Source: Nitrospirota bacterium (lineage in GTDB: Bacteria > Nitrospirota > UBA9217). Taken from it: a stretch of DNA of 64,000 nucleotides. Of this stretch, positions 52,051 through 63,523 are shown one piece after another. Numbering within the stretch: the stretch's first letter is position 1; each line of letters opens with the position of its first letter. The DNA is taken from contig CAWFSF010000006.1 of NCBI GenBank assembly GCA_963818475.1, positions 864,001 to 928,000 on the forward strand, in the 5' to 3' direction. Position numbers and translations under genes: made by a program. The notes under the pieces are model-generated. The model was given only the letters and a program-made list of their open reading frames with translations, was not told the origin of the DNA and did not search any database.

Positions 52051-52422
52051 ATGTTTAGATTGATGCTGCGATCAAAGATCCACCGGGCGACCGTAACGGA
52101 CGCAAATCTCGAATACGAGGGTAGCCTGACCGTTGACCCGCTTCTGCTCGAAGCTGCCGATATGCTTCCCTATGAGCAGGTGCGCGTGTCGAACCTGAAC
52201 AACGGCGAACGTTTCGAGACCTATCTCATACCCGGAAAGCGCGGTTCGGGAGACATGTGCCTGAACGGCCCTACGGCGCGCAAAGGAGCCAAGGGCGACA
52301 AGATCATCGTTTTCTGCTATGAGTACTACAACGAGCAGGAGCTGAAAACCTTCAAGCCCAATATTGTTCTCGTCGACGACCGAAACAAGATGGTTTCCGT
52401 GGGCCACGCCATAAAGGAGTAG
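52051..52422 (+). CDS. panD: Aspartate 1-decarboxylase
   Basis: [23 protein letters not shown]. Confidence 0.95.
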   Translation: MFRLMLRSKIHRATVTDANLEYEGSLTVDPLLLEAADMLPYEQVRVSNLNNGERFETYLIPGKRGSGDMCLNGPTARKGAKGDKIIVFCYEYYNEQELKTFKPNIVLVDDRNKMVSVGHAIKE

Positions 52423-52424
52423 CG

Positions 52425-53885
52425 ATGGAGTTATACGAGCGGACAATTCATGATTTGCACGATATGCTGAAGAAGGGCGACACCACGTCCGAGGCCCTCA
52501 CGGAATCCGTCCTCGGCAGGATAGCTGCCGTGGACGACAAGGTCAAGGCCTATATCACGGTCACGGCCGATATTGCCCGGCAGCAGGCGAAGGAAGCGGA
52601 CAAGCGGTTGAAGGCCGGAGACAACTCCTCGCCGCTCCTCGGCATACCGCTGGCGATCAAGGACAACATGTGCACCGAGGGCATTGCGACGACCTGCGCC
52701 TCGAAGATCCTGAAGAACTTCATCCCCCCCTATGATGCGACAGTGGTTTCGCGGCTGAAGCAGGCCGGTGCCGTGATCTGCGGCAAACCGAACATGGATG
52801 AGTTCGCCATGGGCTCGTCAACGGAGAATTCCGGATTCTTTGCCACGAAGAACCCCTGGGACCTCAGCCGGATCCCGGGCGGATCGAGCGGCGGGTCGGC
52901 TGCCGCGGTCGCTGCTGACGAATGCATCGGGTCCCTCGGTTCGGACACGGGCGGGTCCATCCGTCAGCCTGCTGCCTGCTGCGGCGTGGTGGGTCTCAAA
53001 CCGACCTACGGCCGGGTGTCGCGGTTCGGTCTGGTGGCTTTTGCATCGTCCCTGGACCAGATCGGCCCCATTACGAAGGACGTAACGGATACGGCGATAA
53101 TAATGAACGCAATCGCCGGACATGATCCCCGGGACTCAACATCGGCGAATATCCCGATGCCCGATTTCACTAAGGCGCTCAAAAAAGACCTGCAGGGCAT
53201 GAAGATCGGTCTGCCCAAGGAGTATTTCATCGAAGGCATGGACCCCGGAGTGGACAAGGCCATGAAAGCCGCTGTCCAGACGCTCAAGGGGCTCGGGGCG
53301 ACGCTGGTGGAGGTCTCGCTGCCGCACACGGACTATGCAGTGGCAACGTACTATATCCTTGCCACGTCCGAGGCAAGTTCCAATCTGGCACGCTATGACG
53401 GCATCAAGTACGGGTTTCGTGCTGAAGGCGCCAAAGATCTGCTCGACCTGTACATGAAGTCGCGCTCCCAGGGGTTCGGCCCCGAGGTCAAGCGGCGCAT
53501 CATGCTCGGCACCTATGCGCTCTCGGCTGGGTACTATGACGCGTACTACAAAAAAGGACAGCAGGCGCGCACGCTGATCAAAAAGGACTTTGATGACGCA
53601 TTCAAGGTCTGCGACGTTATCGCCACGCCAACGGCGCCGACGGCTGCGTTCAAGATCGGCGAGAAATCGTCGGACCCGCTTCAGATGTATCTGTCCGACA
53701 TCTTCACGATCAGCGTGAACCTGGCAGGCATCCCGGGGATATCGATCCCCTGCGGGTTCACGGGCAATGACCTTCCGGTGGGCCTGCAGCTGCTCGGTAA
53801 ACATTTTGACGAGGAGTCGATCCTGAGGGCAGCCTTCGCTTATGAGCAGGCCACGGAGTGGCACAGGAAAAAACCGAAACTGTAA
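52425..53885 (+). CDS. gatA: Asp/Glu-tRNA amidotransferase subunit A
   Basis: [22 protein letters not shown]. Confidence 0.97.
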   Translation: MELYERTIHDLHDMLKKGDTTSEALTESVLGRIAAVDDKVKAYITVTADIARQQAKEADKRLKAGDNSSPLLGIPLAIKDNMCTEGIATTCASKILKNFIPPYDATVVSRLKQAGAVICGKPNMDEFAMGSSTENSGFFATKNPWDLSRIPGGSSGGSAAAVAADECIGSLGSDTGGSIRQPAACCGVVGLKPTYGRVSRFGLVAFASSLDQIGPITKDVTDTAIIMNAIAGHDPRDSTSANIPMPDFTKALKKDLQGMKIGLPKEYFIEGMDPGVDKAMKAAVQTLKGLGATLVEVSLPHTDYAVATYYILATSEASSNLARYDGIKYGFRAEGAKDLLDLYMKSRSQGFGPEVKRRIMLGTYALSAGYYDAYYKKGQQARTLIKKDFDDAFKVCDVIATPTAPTAAFKIGEKSSDPLQMYLSDIFTISVNLAGIPGISIPCGFTGNDLPVGLQLLGKHFDEESILRAAFAYEQATEWHRKKPKL

Positions 53886-53978
53886 CGACAGTGTCCAGGA
53901 TTCAGGGGCCAGGGTCCAGGTGGGCGCCCCCTGCGTGGCGACTTTATTGCGGATTACCATACGAAGAGGTAGATCATC

Positions 53979-55409
53979 ATGAAATATGAAGCAGTGATCG
54001 GGCTTGAAGTGCATGCCCAGCTCCAGACGAAGACCAAGATATTCTGCGGCTGCGAGACCAAATTCGGCGAAGATGCCAACACGAGGACCTGTCCCGTCTG
54101 CATCGGCATGCCCGGCGTGCTGCCGGTCCTGAACCGGAAGGCCGTCGAGTACATTGTCAAGACCGGCCTGTCCACGCACGGGAAGGTAAGCCCCTCCAGC
54201 CGGTTCGCTCGCAAGAACTATTTCTACCCCGATCTGCCGAAGGGGTATCAGATCTCGCAGTACGAGCTGCCGATCATCGAGGGCGGCCATGTCGAGATCG
54301 TCATCGACGGGAACGTAAAGCGCATCGGCATCACCCGCATCCACCTCGAGGAGGACGCTGGCAAGAACCTGCACCAGTCAGCCGGAAACGCAAGCCTGGT
54401 TGATCTGAACCGGGCTGGGACGCCGCTCATGGAGATCGTGTCGGAACCCGATATCAGGACCGCAGAAGAAGCGTCTGAGTATCTCAAAAAGCTCCGCTCC
54501 ATCCTGCGCTACATCGAGGTGTCGGACGCGGACATGGAAAAGGGCAATTTCCGGTGCGATGCCAATGTCTCGATCCGTCCCGTCGGCGCCAGTGAGTTTG
54601 GCACCCGGGCCGAGATCAAGAACGTGAACTCCTTCAAGTTCGTTCAAAAAGCGATCGAGTATGAGATCAAGCGACAGGCGCAGATCCTTGACGAGGGCGG
54701 CCGGGTCATTCAAGAGACGCGGCTTTTCGATTCGAACAAGGGCGTTACCTTCTCGATGCGGAGCAAAGAAGAGGCGCACGACTACCGGTATTTTCCCGAA
54801 CCGGACCTGGTTCCTGTCAAGATCTCAGCTGAAACGATCGAAGAGATCAGAAAATCCATTCCCGAACTGCCCGACGCGAAGCGTGAGCGGTTTGCCAAGG
54901 ACTATGGCCTTCCCGAATATGATGCCGATATGCTCACCCAGAGCAGGGCCATGGCAGGCTATTTCGAGGATGCGGCGAGGCTTTCGAACCAACCCAAGAC
55001 CGTATCGAACTGGATGATGGGGGAACTGATGCGGCTGCTCAATGCCGACGGCAGGGAGATCGATGACAGCCCGATCAAACCGGACCGTCTTGCGGGTTTG
55101 ATCAAGATGATCGACAGCGGCGTGATCAGCATCAAGATCGCCAAGACCGTGTTCGAGGAGATGTACAAGAACGGAAAGGATGCGGAGACCGTTGTTCAAG
55201 AACAGGGGCTGGTGCAGGTATCGGATACAGGAGCCATTGAAACGATCATCGACGAGGTTATCAAAGCGAATCCCGGTCAGGCTGCTGAGTACAGGGCGGG
55301 CAAGGACAAGCTGTTCGGATTTTTTGTGGGCCAGGTTATGAAAGCGAGCAAGGGCAAGGCGAACCCGGATGTGGTTAACCAGCTTCTGAAACAGAAATTG
55401 AGCGAATAG
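53979..55409 (+). CDS. gatB: Asp/Glu-tRNA amidotransferase subunit B
   Basis: [32 protein letters not shown]. Confidence 0.98.
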   Translation: MKYEAVIGLEVHAQLQTKTKIFCGCETKFGEDANTRTCPVCIGMPGVLPVLNRKAVEYIVKTGLSTHGKVSPSSRFARKNYFYPDLPKGYQISQYELPIIEGGHVEIVIDGNVKRIGITRIHLEEDAGKNLHQSAGNASLVDLNRAGTPLMEIVSEPDIRTAEEASEYLKKLRSILRYIEVSDADMEKGNFRCDANVSIRPVGASEFGTRAEIKNVNSFKFVQKAIEYEIKRQAQILDEGGRVIQETRLFDSNKGVTFSMRSKEEAHDYRYFPEPDLVPVKISAETIEEIRKSIPELPDAKRERFAKDYGLPEYDADMLTQSRAMAGYFEDAARLSNQPKTVSNWMMGELMRLLNADGREIDDSPIKPDRLAGLIKMIDSGVISIKIAKTVFEEMYKNGKDAETVVQEQGLVQVSDTGAIETIIDEVIKANPGQAAEYRAGKDKLFGFFVGQVMKASKGKANPDVVNQLLKQKLSE

Positions 55410-55463
55410 CAGTCTCAGGCAACAGCGAAGCGAAAATTCAAACAATCGGTAGGGGGACAAGCA

Positions 55464-56159
55464 ATGCTGAAACAAGTGCACAAACATATGAACTGGCTTA
55501 TGTGGGGCATCGTCATCCTGATCACGGTCACGTTCCTGTTCTTCGGGATCTATCCGTCCAGTACGACCGGCAACACGGTGGCCAACGTGAACGGCGACGT
55601 TATCACCGGTGAGGACCTGAACCGGGTGTACCGGAACCTGTACGATACGTATAAACAGATATTCAAGGACCAGTTCAACGAGGCTATGACGAAGACCCTC
55701 AGAACACAGGCTTTGCGCGAGCTGGTGCAGAACAGGCTCCTGGTCCAGGAAGCAGGCCGCATGGGCCTCAGGATCAGCGATGACGAGCTCCGGGGCGCTA
55801 TCCTGAAGATCCCCGCCTTCAGCCCGCAGGGCAAATTCGACCAGAAGACCTATGAATACTATCTGCAGCGCGAGAATATAACCCCGGCTGTGTTCGAAAC
55901 AGAACAGCGGGAGTTCATGCTGAGGAAGAAGCTGGAGAGCCTGATCGAGGACAGCGTGGATGTGACCGATGCGGAACTTGCAGCGGCATATGCATTGTCG
56001 AACCCGAAGGCCAAAGCCGGCGACCTCGAGAAGAACAAGGAGTCTTTCAAGAAGGGGCAGTTGCAGAAGAAGCGGAGCGAGGCGCGAGACGCTTTTGTCC
56101 GCGGGCTGGAGAGCAAGGGCAAGGTGGTCCTGAACGATAAGGCATTGGCAGCGAGCTGA
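55464..56159 (+). CDS. SurA N-terminal domain (PpiD-like) chaperone
   Basis: TM anchor, VANVNGDVIT, LLVQEAGRMGLRISDDEL. Confidence 0.8.
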   Translation: MLKQVHKHMNWLMWGIVILITVTFLFFGIYPSSTTGNTVANVNGDVITGEDLNRVYRNLYDTYKQIFKDQFNEAMTKTLRTQALRELVQNRLLVQEAGRMGLRISDDELRGAILKIPAFSPQGKFDQKTYEYYLQRENITPAVFETEQREFMLRKKLESLIEDSVDVTDAELAAAYALSNPKAKAGDLEKNKESFKKGQLQKKRSEARDAFVRGLESKGKVVLNDKALAAS

Positions 56160-56508
56160 TCAGATCGTCGCTTCCCACGCAAGATCGCCGATCATCTCCC
56201 CTTGAACGAATTTCCTGATCTGCAGTCAGGACCGCGTCAGGCTGGTCTATAAGCGGAGCCCCTGTGGGCTCCGCTTCCACTCGCACTTATCAGACGTTAG
56301 TCCGATAATCCTAAAAACATCCTTTGACACTGATCAAATCGGATAAGAGTCGGATAACGGCGGATTTTTTCCTGATACATGGTTCACCCAATAAGTGAGT
56401 GCGTTGTTTACGATTTATCCGCTTTTATCCGTTGTTAATCCGCTCCTTCCGTGTCCAAATGCTTTTTTCAGGATAATTCCGTGTCAAGTGCTTTTTAGGG
56501 TGACGGGC

Positions 56509-57909
56509 TTATGGCGCCAATCGCTCCTCCAACGCTCCGAAGAGATGGATGACGCTGCGGCATGCCCGCTCCCAATCCTCGATCAGCAGGCTTTCGTTCA
56601 CGGAATGCGTTGCGGAGTAGGGGTCGCTGACGCTGAAAAGCAGGGCCGGAACGCCGCCGAGCGCATCAGTGATCGTCTGCACGAATGGAATGGATCCGCC
56701 GGCCCCGATGACCACGGGCTTTCTGCCATAACCCTGCTCCAAAGCATGCAGAGCTGCTTCGAAGGCCGGTCCGCTGGTATCGGTCTTCCACCAGGGCGAA
56801 GACGATTCCGGATCGATTGTCACGGTTACTCCCCAGGGAGCATGAGCGCGCAGATAGCGGGTGAGCAGGTCCAGGGTCTCCTGCGGATCCATGTCCGGAA
56901 CGATCCTGATGCCGACACGGGCCCACGCCGCGTCGTTGATGATGTTTGCCGCCTGCTTTCTGCTGCTGGCTTCAACGGCGTTCACGGCGATGGAGGGGCG
57001 GTGCCACATCTTTTCGTAGACCGAGCCTGCGCCGCCGGTGATCCGCACGCTCTCCAGCAGGGTGGACTGCTTCCGGTACAGGGCTTCGCGGAACGGGAGC
57101 GCATCGAGCGCGGCCTTTTCCTCAGGGGAAAGGGGATGCACCTTGTCGCACAAACCGGGTATGGCCGGCCGGCCCTGATCATCCACCAGCGCTGCCAGCA
57201 TTTTTGAGAGTGCCAGGACGGGGTCCGGCAGAGGTCCGCCCCAGGTGCCTGAATGGACGCTTGAAGCCAGGGAACGGACCTCGACGTTCACGGTCACCGT
57301 GCCGCGGAGCGAAGCCGTAAGGGTCGGCACGTTGCTGTCGAAATGCTCGCTGTCCGCGATCAGCACCACATCGGCTGCGAAGAGCTCGCGATGCTGCTCC
57401 AGCAGCTTGTACAGATTGGTCGATCCGATCTCCTCTTCGCCCTCGATCAGGACCTTGACATTGATCGGCAGCCGGCCGGATGTGGCCAGGTACGACCGGA
57501 TCGCAGCAGCGTGCATGACCGCGCCGCCCTTGTCATCGGCGGTTCCCCGTCCGTAAAGCCTGCCGTTCCGAACGATTGGTTCAAAGGGCGGCGTTGTCCA
57601 GAGCGCCTCGCGCCCTGTCGGCTGGACATCGTGGTGGGCGTACAGAAGAATGGTCGGCTTTCCGGGCGCCTCAGTCCATTGCCCGAAGACCGCAGGATGC
57701 CCCTGGCCGGGATCAAGGATGCGGACATCCGTGAGCCCGCTTGCAGCGAGCATGCGGGAGGTGAACTCCGCACTCTGCCTGACCGGTGCCGGGTCAAACC
57801 CGGGGAAACTGATGCTGGGGATCCGGACCAGTTCTTTCAGATCGTCGAGATAGGATGATCGCGCTTTGTCGAAGTGCGCAAGGGCTGAGGCAAGATGGCT
57901 GCTGTTCAT
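56509..57909 (-). CDS. M20 family metallo-dipeptidase
   Basis: HHDVQP, GRGTADDKG, EGEEEIGS. Confidence 0.92.
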   Translation of the reverse strand: MNSSHLASALAHFDKARSSYLDDLKELVRIPSISFPGFDPAPVRQSAEFTSRMLAASGLTDVRILDPGQGHPAVFGQWTEAPGKPTILLYAHHDVQPTGREALWTTPPFEPIVRNGRLYGRGTADDKGGAVMHAAAIRSYLATSGRLPINVKVLIEGEEEIGSTNLYKLLEQHRELFAADVVLIADSEHFDSNVPTLTASLRGTVTVNVEVRSLASSVHSGTWGGPLPDPVLALSKMLAALVDDQGRPAIPGLCDKVHPLSPEEKAALDALPFREALYRKQSTLLESVRITGGAGSVYEKMWHRPSIAVNAVEASSRKQAANIINDAAWARVGIRIVPDMDPQETLDLLTRYLRAHAPWGVTVTIDPESSSPWWKTDTSGPAFEAALHALEQGYGRKPVVIGAGGSIPFVQTITDALGGVPALLFSVSDPYSATHSVNESLLIEDWERACRSVIHLFGALEERLAP

Positions 57910-58093
57910 GGAGGGCTCCTTCGTGAGTTATCGTATCGGAAATTATACGTGAGATAATCCGGTTGTCAACTCGTACATTCTATTCATGTTGAGGCTGATA
58001 CCCATGGTCCTATTCTTTAGAGTCTTCAGCCTTCAGTCCGTCGACCTGAATTGTGAGTATTCATTCTAAGCCGCAACAGTACTACCTTCCCCG

Positions 58094-58657
58094 TCACTTC
58101 CTGGAATGGGCCTTCTTGTACTCGATCGGTCTTTCGGTCAGCCCCTTCGGTCCCCAGATGCCCGAACGGTTCTCCCGCGCCGCATATTGTGCTTTTTTCA
58201 GACGGTCCATATGCTTGCTGTTGGGCTGGATCGTGAACAGGACGGCGTAGCCGTCTTTGAGCATCAGCTCATTGATCAAGGTCCTGTCGTCCAGCCAGAG
58301 ATAGGCTAGAAGACGGTCATATTTGTCGTACTTCGTTATGTCCGTTTCCACATGGACCATTCCGCCTGATGCTTTTATAATCTCACGCAGATGCTTCTTT
58401 GCCTTCCTTCCCCAGGGTTTCTGGCCCATTTCGGGAGCATCGATGCCGATAAGCCTGGTCCGGTATGTTTTGCCTTCCATGCGCATGACCACCGTATCGC
58501 CGTCGTTCACGTCGATGATCCTGGCCCCCGGCAATTCGCTGCCCGCCCGGACCGGTGACGCGAGAACGGACAGGCAGAACATGATCGCGGCAAGATGCAG
58601 GGCATATCGCCTGCTGATCCGGTACGTGACCATACGTCTATTGTTCATCCAGAACAT
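58094..58657 (-). CDS. Thermonuclease (SNase) family protein
   Basis: DGDT, RLIGIDAPE, DKYDRLLAY. Confidence 0.92.
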   Translation of the reverse strand: MFWMNNRRMVTYRISRRYALHLAAIMFCLSVLASPVRAGSELPGARIIDVNDGDTVVMRMEGKTYRTRLIGIDAPEMGQKPWGRKAKKHLREIIKASGGMVHVETDITKYDKYDRLLAYLWLDDRTLINELMLKDGYAVLFTIQPNSKHMDRLKKAQYAARENRSGIWGPKGLTERPIEYKKAHSRK

Positions 58658-58748
58658 GGCCGGCTCTCCTTTGTTTATGAACAGTGAGCTTGCTGCAGTG
58701 TTCAACTATCTCATACCGTACTCCTGAAAACAAGCGAAAAATACCGTA

Positions 58749-58800
58749 TTGACATCGAGCAGCAACGTGATCTATAATGTAAGTGAACATTTACTTACAT
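58749..58800 (+). promoter_or_regulatory. Sigma70 promoter with overlapping TetR operator palindrome
   Basis: TTGACA-18-TATAAT; ATGTAAGTgaacattTACTTACAT. Confidence 0.75.
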
Positions 58801-58809
58801 TAGAAGGAC

Positions 58810-59442
58810 GTGAGCCTGATGCGAAAAACAACGATCAAGATGCGGAGTGAAGTGCGGCGGGAGCAGGTGGTCCAGGCCGCACTGAAGATCGTGGGGAAAA
58901 AAGGCGTGGGCGGCTTGACGACCTCAGCCATCGCGCGCGCGGTCGGTGTTTCCGAGGCCAACCTCTACCGCCATTTCAAGAACAAGGAAGAGATTTTGTT
59001 CGAGACTGGAAAGGGCATCGGAGCCGCCATCAGGAAAAACCTTGAGGTCGTTCTTGCCACTCCCGTGAGGCCGGTCCTCAAGCTCAAACGAGTTTTTCTT
59101 TTGCATCTTGAGTTTATCGAAAAGAACGAAGGGATTCCCCGCCTTGGCTTTTCCGAGGAGATGCACATCAATAATAAAAGGTTGAAAAAGGAATTTTTAA
59201 AGAACATTGAGCTGTATGCTTCTGGCCTGGAAGCACTTTTCCGTGACGCACAGCGCATTGGCTCTATTCGCCGGGATGTCGACCGCAAGGCGCTGGCGGC
59301 CATGCTTATCGGCATGGTGCAAGTCCTGGTCATGCGATGGTCCTTGAGCGGATTCTCGTTCTCTCTCACGTCAGAGGGTGCGAAACTCTGGAAAAACTAC
59401 GAGAAGTGCATTACGCCCGGTGAAAAAGTGAGGAGACAGTGA
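58810..59442 (+). CDS. TetR family regulator
   Basis: TTSAIARAVGVSEANLYRHFKNKEEI. Confidence 0.92.
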   Translation: MSLMRKTTIKMRSEVRREQVVQAALKIVGKKGVGGLTTSAIARAVGVSEANLYRHFKNKEEILFETGKGIGAAIRKNLEVVLATPVRPVLKLKRVFLLHLEFIEKNEGIPRLGFSEEMHINNKRLKKEFLKNIELYASGLEALFRDAQRIGSIRRDVDRKALAAMLIGMVQVLVMRWSLSGFSFSLTSEGAKLWKNYEKCITPGEKVRRQ

Positions 59443-59443
59443 A

Positions 59444-60274
59444 ATGAAAAAAAGAGTGTTTGTCGTGGGGATTCTTCTCGCAGCGGGCATTGCCACCACA
59501 GTGGTCTATCGCTTCGCAAATTCTCCGGAGCAAGACGCCTTGGTATTGTCGGGAAACGTGGAGGTGACCGAGGTGAATGTGGGCTTCAAGCTTCCGGGGA
59601 GAGTTCAGACATTGTTTGCCGATGAAGGGCGATCAGTGAAAAAAGGCGACAAGCTTGCCGTGCTCGATGGAGCGGAATATGAGGCTCAGGTGGCACAGAG
59701 CAGGGCTGCGCTTCAGAATGTGAATGCACAGCTCGATAAAGCGAAGAGAGACTATGACCGGGCGGAGAAGCTCAATAAAGAAGAAGCCATTTCCCAACAG
59801 CAGATGGATGGCGCGAGAACTGCATACGATATGACGCTTGCGCAGGTACAGCAAGCGAGGGCAACGCTCAAGAATGCCGATGTAAAATTAAGCGATACCG
59901 TAATTTATGCCCCCATTTCGGGCATCGTGCTCAAAAAAAATGTGGAGGAGGGTGAAACCGTGTCCTCGGGCACCTCTATCGTGACGATCGGAGATCTGGA
60001 AAAGCCGTGGGTAAAAGTTTACCTGAAAGAGGACAAACTCGGATTCGTGAAGCTGGGACAGAAGGTCGAGGTCACAACTGACACCTATCCGGGTAAAAGG
60101 TATTCGGGTTCGGTCACGTTCATTTCATCGGAAGCGGAATTCACTCCGAAAGCAGTGCAAACTCAGGAAGAACGGGTGAAACTCGTCTTCGGCGTAAAGG
60201 TCAGCGTTGAAAATCAAGATGATGAACTGAAGCCAGGCATGCCGGCTGACGTGGAGATTCTTTTAAAATACTAG
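59444..60274 (+). CDS. HlyD-family periplasmic adaptor (YbhG-like)
   Basis: LSGNVEVTEV, AEFTPK, LKPGMPADV. Confidence 0.9.
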   Translation: MKKRVFVVGILLAAGIATTVVYRFANSPEQDALVLSGNVEVTEVNVGFKLPGRVQTLFADEGRSVKKGDKLAVLDGAEYEAQVAQSRAALQNVNAQLDKAKRDYDRAEKLNKEEAISQQQMDGARTAYDMTLAQVQQARATLKNADVKLSDTVIYAPISGIVLKKNVEEGETVSSGTSIVTIGDLEKPWVKVYLKEDKLGFVKLGQKVEVTTDTYPGKRYSGSVTFISSEAEFTPKAVQTQEERVKLVFGVKVSVENQDDELKPGMPADVEILLKY

Positions 60275-60302
60275 CTTGGATTTTGCCCAAAGGGTTGAAT
60301 TA

Positions 60303-61220
60303 ATGAGTGAAGGGATAATCAAAACAGTAAATCTCACCAAATCGTTTGGTGGCAATACAGCTGTTGATCGCCTGAATCTCGACATCCGAAAAGGTGAGCT
60401 CTACGGACTTGTGGGGCCGGACGGAGCGGGGAAGACGACGACGATGAGGCTTCTCACGGCCATCATGGACACGACGTCGGGCGACGCTTCGGTTGCGGGG
60501 CACTCAATTCTCTCGGAAGGCGAGTTGATCAAGGAAAAGATCGGGTATATGTCCCAGCGGTTCGGCCTGTACGAAGACCTGACCGTCATGGAGAACATCA
60601 TCTTCTATGCCGATATTTATGAGGTGCCCGGGAAAGAACGGCCTGCCCGGATAGAGCGGCTGCTCGGGTTCAGCAACCTGACGCCGTTCAAGGATAGACT
60701 GGCCGGCAAGCTCTCGGGCGGGATGAAACAGAAGCTCGGCCTCGCCTGCGCGCTGATCCATACTCCCGAGGTCCTGTTCCTTGATGAACCGACAAACGGC
60801 GTTGACCCGGTTTCTCGCAGGGACTTCTGGAAGATACTGTACGGTCTTCTCAAGGAGGGAGTGACGATCATGGTGTCGACAGCCTATCTTGATGAGGCTG
60901 AGCGGTGCACCAGGATCGGCTTGATGCACAAAGGAAAGATACTGATCGAGGACGTTCCGAAGAACGTCAGAAGCTCTCTCCATCAGCCCATGATCGAGGT
61001 GTGGTCGGACAATGCGCGTTCATCCATCGATCTGGTGAAAAATCTGGGAGGGGTGACCAGTGTGAGCTTGTATGGGGATCGGCTGCATATTACGGTTGAG
61101 AAAAAAGTGCCGGCTGCCGAGATCATCGCCAACCTGAAACGCCTCGATATAGACGTAAAGGATTATCGGGAGATTCTTCCATCACTGGAGGACGTATTTA
61201 TTACGATGGTGGAGAAGTAA
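60303..61220 (+). CDS. ABC transporter ATP-binding protein
   Basis: GPDGAGKTT, LSGGMKQK, LDEP. Confidence 0.95.
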   Translation: MSEGIIKTVNLTKSFGGNTAVDRLNLDIRKGELYGLVGPDGAGKTTTMRLLTAIMDTTSGDASVAGHSILSEGELIKEKIGYMSQRFGLYEDLTVMENIIFYADIYEVPGKERPARIERLLGFSNLTPFKDRLAGKLSGGMKQKLGLACALIHTPEVLFLDEPTNGVDPVSRRDFWKILYGLLKEGVTIMVSTAYLDEAERCTRIGLMHKGKILIEDVPKNVRSSLHQPMIEVWSDNARSSIDLVKNLGGVTSVSLYGDRLHITVEKKVPAAEIIANLKRLDIDVKDYREILPSLEDVFITMVEK

Positions 61221-61255
61221 GTATTGTGGATTTCGGATCGCGGATTTAAAAAAAC

Positions 61256-62188
61256 ATGACAAATATTCAAGACAACATCGCCGTTAAGGTTGGAGGCCTC
61301 ACGCGCACGTTCGGTGATTTCACGGCAGTTGATGACATCGATCTGGATGTGGCGAAAGGGGAGATCTTCGGATTCCTCGGACCGAACGGCGCCGGCAAGT
61401 CTACAACGATCCGCATGCTCTGCGGACTGATACTGCCTACGTCCGGGACCGGGATTGTGGGCGGTTTCGACATCATTACCCAGTCCGAGGAGATCAAGCA
61501 GAACATCGGCTACATGTCGCAGAAATTCTCTCTCTACGACGATCTGACGGTCGAGGAAAATATCAACTTTTATAGCGGCATCTACAGCGTTCCTGAACTG
61601 AAGAAAACGGAGCGCAAGGAATGGATCCTGGGAATGGCGGGGCTTCAGGACAAGAGGAGCACCATCACGCGGACCTTGCCGGGCGGTTTCAAACAGCGGC
61701 TCGCCCTTGGCTGCGCCATTCTGCACGAGCCGTCGATACTGTTCCTTGATGAGCCCACTTCGGGCGTAGACCCGATATCGCGCAGGAACTTTTGGAATCT
61801 GATCCATGAGATGGCAAAAGGCGGGACCACGATATTCGTCACGACACACTACATGGATGAGGCTGACTATTGCGACCGGCTTGCACTCATTTACCGGGGC
61901 AAGATCATCGCTGAAGGGACGCCGAATCAGCTGCGCAAGGAGTACATGTCGCGCGACGTTCTCGAGATAGATGCGGAACCGCTCGTCGCAGCCATGGAAG
62001 CCCTTGATCAACAGGGGATCGAGACCGCGATATTCGGCAGCGTGCTCCATGCTACGGTGGAGAACGCGAAAAACGCCATACCACGTATTTGGAAGATCCT
62101 GGGCGAAGCTCATGTAGCGGTAAGCAGGATCGAAAAGATCGTTCCCTCGCTGGAAGATGTGTTTGTGACGCTGATTGAAGTGTCATGA
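61256..62188 (+). CDS. ABC transporter ATP-binding protein
   Basis: GPNGAGKST, LDEPTSGVDP, TTHYMDEA. Confidence 0.95.
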   Translation: MTNIQDNIAVKVGGLTRTFGDFTAVDDIDLDVAKGEIFGFLGPNGAGKSTTIRMLCGLILPTSGTGIVGGFDIITQSEEIKQNIGYMSQKFSLYDDLTVEENINFYSGIYSVPELKKTERKEWILGMAGLQDKRSTITRTLPGGFKQRLALGCAILHEPSILFLDEPTSGVDPISRRNFWNLIHEMAKGGTTIFVTTHYMDEADYCDRLALIYRGKIIAEGTPNQLRKEYMSRDVLEIDAEPLVAAMEALDQQGIETAIFGSVLHATVENAKNAIPRIWKILGEAHVAVSRIEKIVPSLEDVFVTLIEVS

Positions 62189-62361
62189 TATTTGTTCATT
62201 GGAGATTATCAGAGGAACGCTTTAAAAAGCCTGGACACAGATAAGGGCTGATTTATTATGATTCAAACAGATAAATCTTCTAAAAATCATATCGTTTCAG
62301 TGTAAATCTGTGTCAAGGTTTGGCCTGTAAGTCTCCGTGTCTCCATGAAAAAGGTTGTCTT

Positions 62362-63472
62362 ATGAAGTTTCTAAGAGTCAAAGCCATTGCGAAAAAAGAA
62401 ATGCTCCAGATCCGGCGCGATCCGTTGAGCCTTGCCATGGCGTTTCTGATGCCCGCTCTTCTTCTTATCATCTTCGGATACGCCATCACCCTCGACGTGA
62501 ATAATCTCACGACTATCGTCTACGACCGCGACCGGAGCAGCATGAGCCGGGAATTCATAGCTGAACTTACCGCTTCCGGGTATTTTACCATCGTCCGACA
62601 GCGCCGAGACGCCGCAAGAGATCGACAGCTATCTCGATAAGGGCAAGGCTCGCGTCGCTATCTCCATTCCTGATGATTTTTCACGGGACATACATGCCGA
62701 ACGCACGGCGCAGCTGCAGATCATTGTGGACGGGAGCGACTCGAATACCGCCACCATCGCCCTCGGTTATCTTACTGCGCTTACGGAACGCTATTCTCTG
62801 AAGTTGAGTGGAGGCAAGGCCGCGCCAGTCATCGATATCCGTATCCGGGTATGGTACAATCCGGAACTCAAGTCCAGGAACTTCATCATCCCCGGCCTCA
62901 TCGCGGTGATCATGGTGGTGATCGCGGCGCTTCTCACGTCGCTTACGGTGGCGCGTGAGTGGGAGCGAGGGACCATGGAGCAGCTTATCGCCACGCCCGT
63001 TAAGCCGCCGGAGCTGGTCCTCGGAAAGCTCATCCCGTATTTTCTCATCGGTTATCTGGACATGGCGATCACGGTGGTCATGGCGGTGTTCCTGTTTGAG
63101 GTCCCGCTCCGGGGGAATGTAGCACTTCTTGCCGTGATCTCGGCGGTGTTTCTCTTCGGCGGGCTCGGCCTCGGGATCCTCATTTCCATCGTAACAAAAA
63201 ACCAGCTTGTAGCGAGTCAGATCTCGATGGTTGCGACCTTTCTTCCGGCTTTTCTGCTCTCGGGGTTCATGTTTGCCATATCGAACATGCCGCCGGTGCT
63301 CCAGGCGGTAACGCGGATCGTACCCGCACGATATTTTGTCGCTGTACTGAAAGGCATCTTTCTCAAAGGCAACCCGTTGCGGCTCCTTTTGCCGAACGCG
63401 ATATTTCTGCTCATTTTCGGGCTGCTTACGTTCGTTGCAGCGAACCGGAAGTTTAAAAAGAAAATAGAATAA
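62362..63472 (+). CDS. ABC-2 permease (YbhS-like) with +1 frameshift near 62597
   Basis: KEMLQIRRDP..FGYAITLD, then VWYNPEL, REWERGTMEQL. Confidence 0.85.
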
Positions 63473-63523
63473 ATAAGACAGGGTTCAGGGGACAGGGCAC
63501 AGGGGGCAGGAGCTTCAGAGCTT

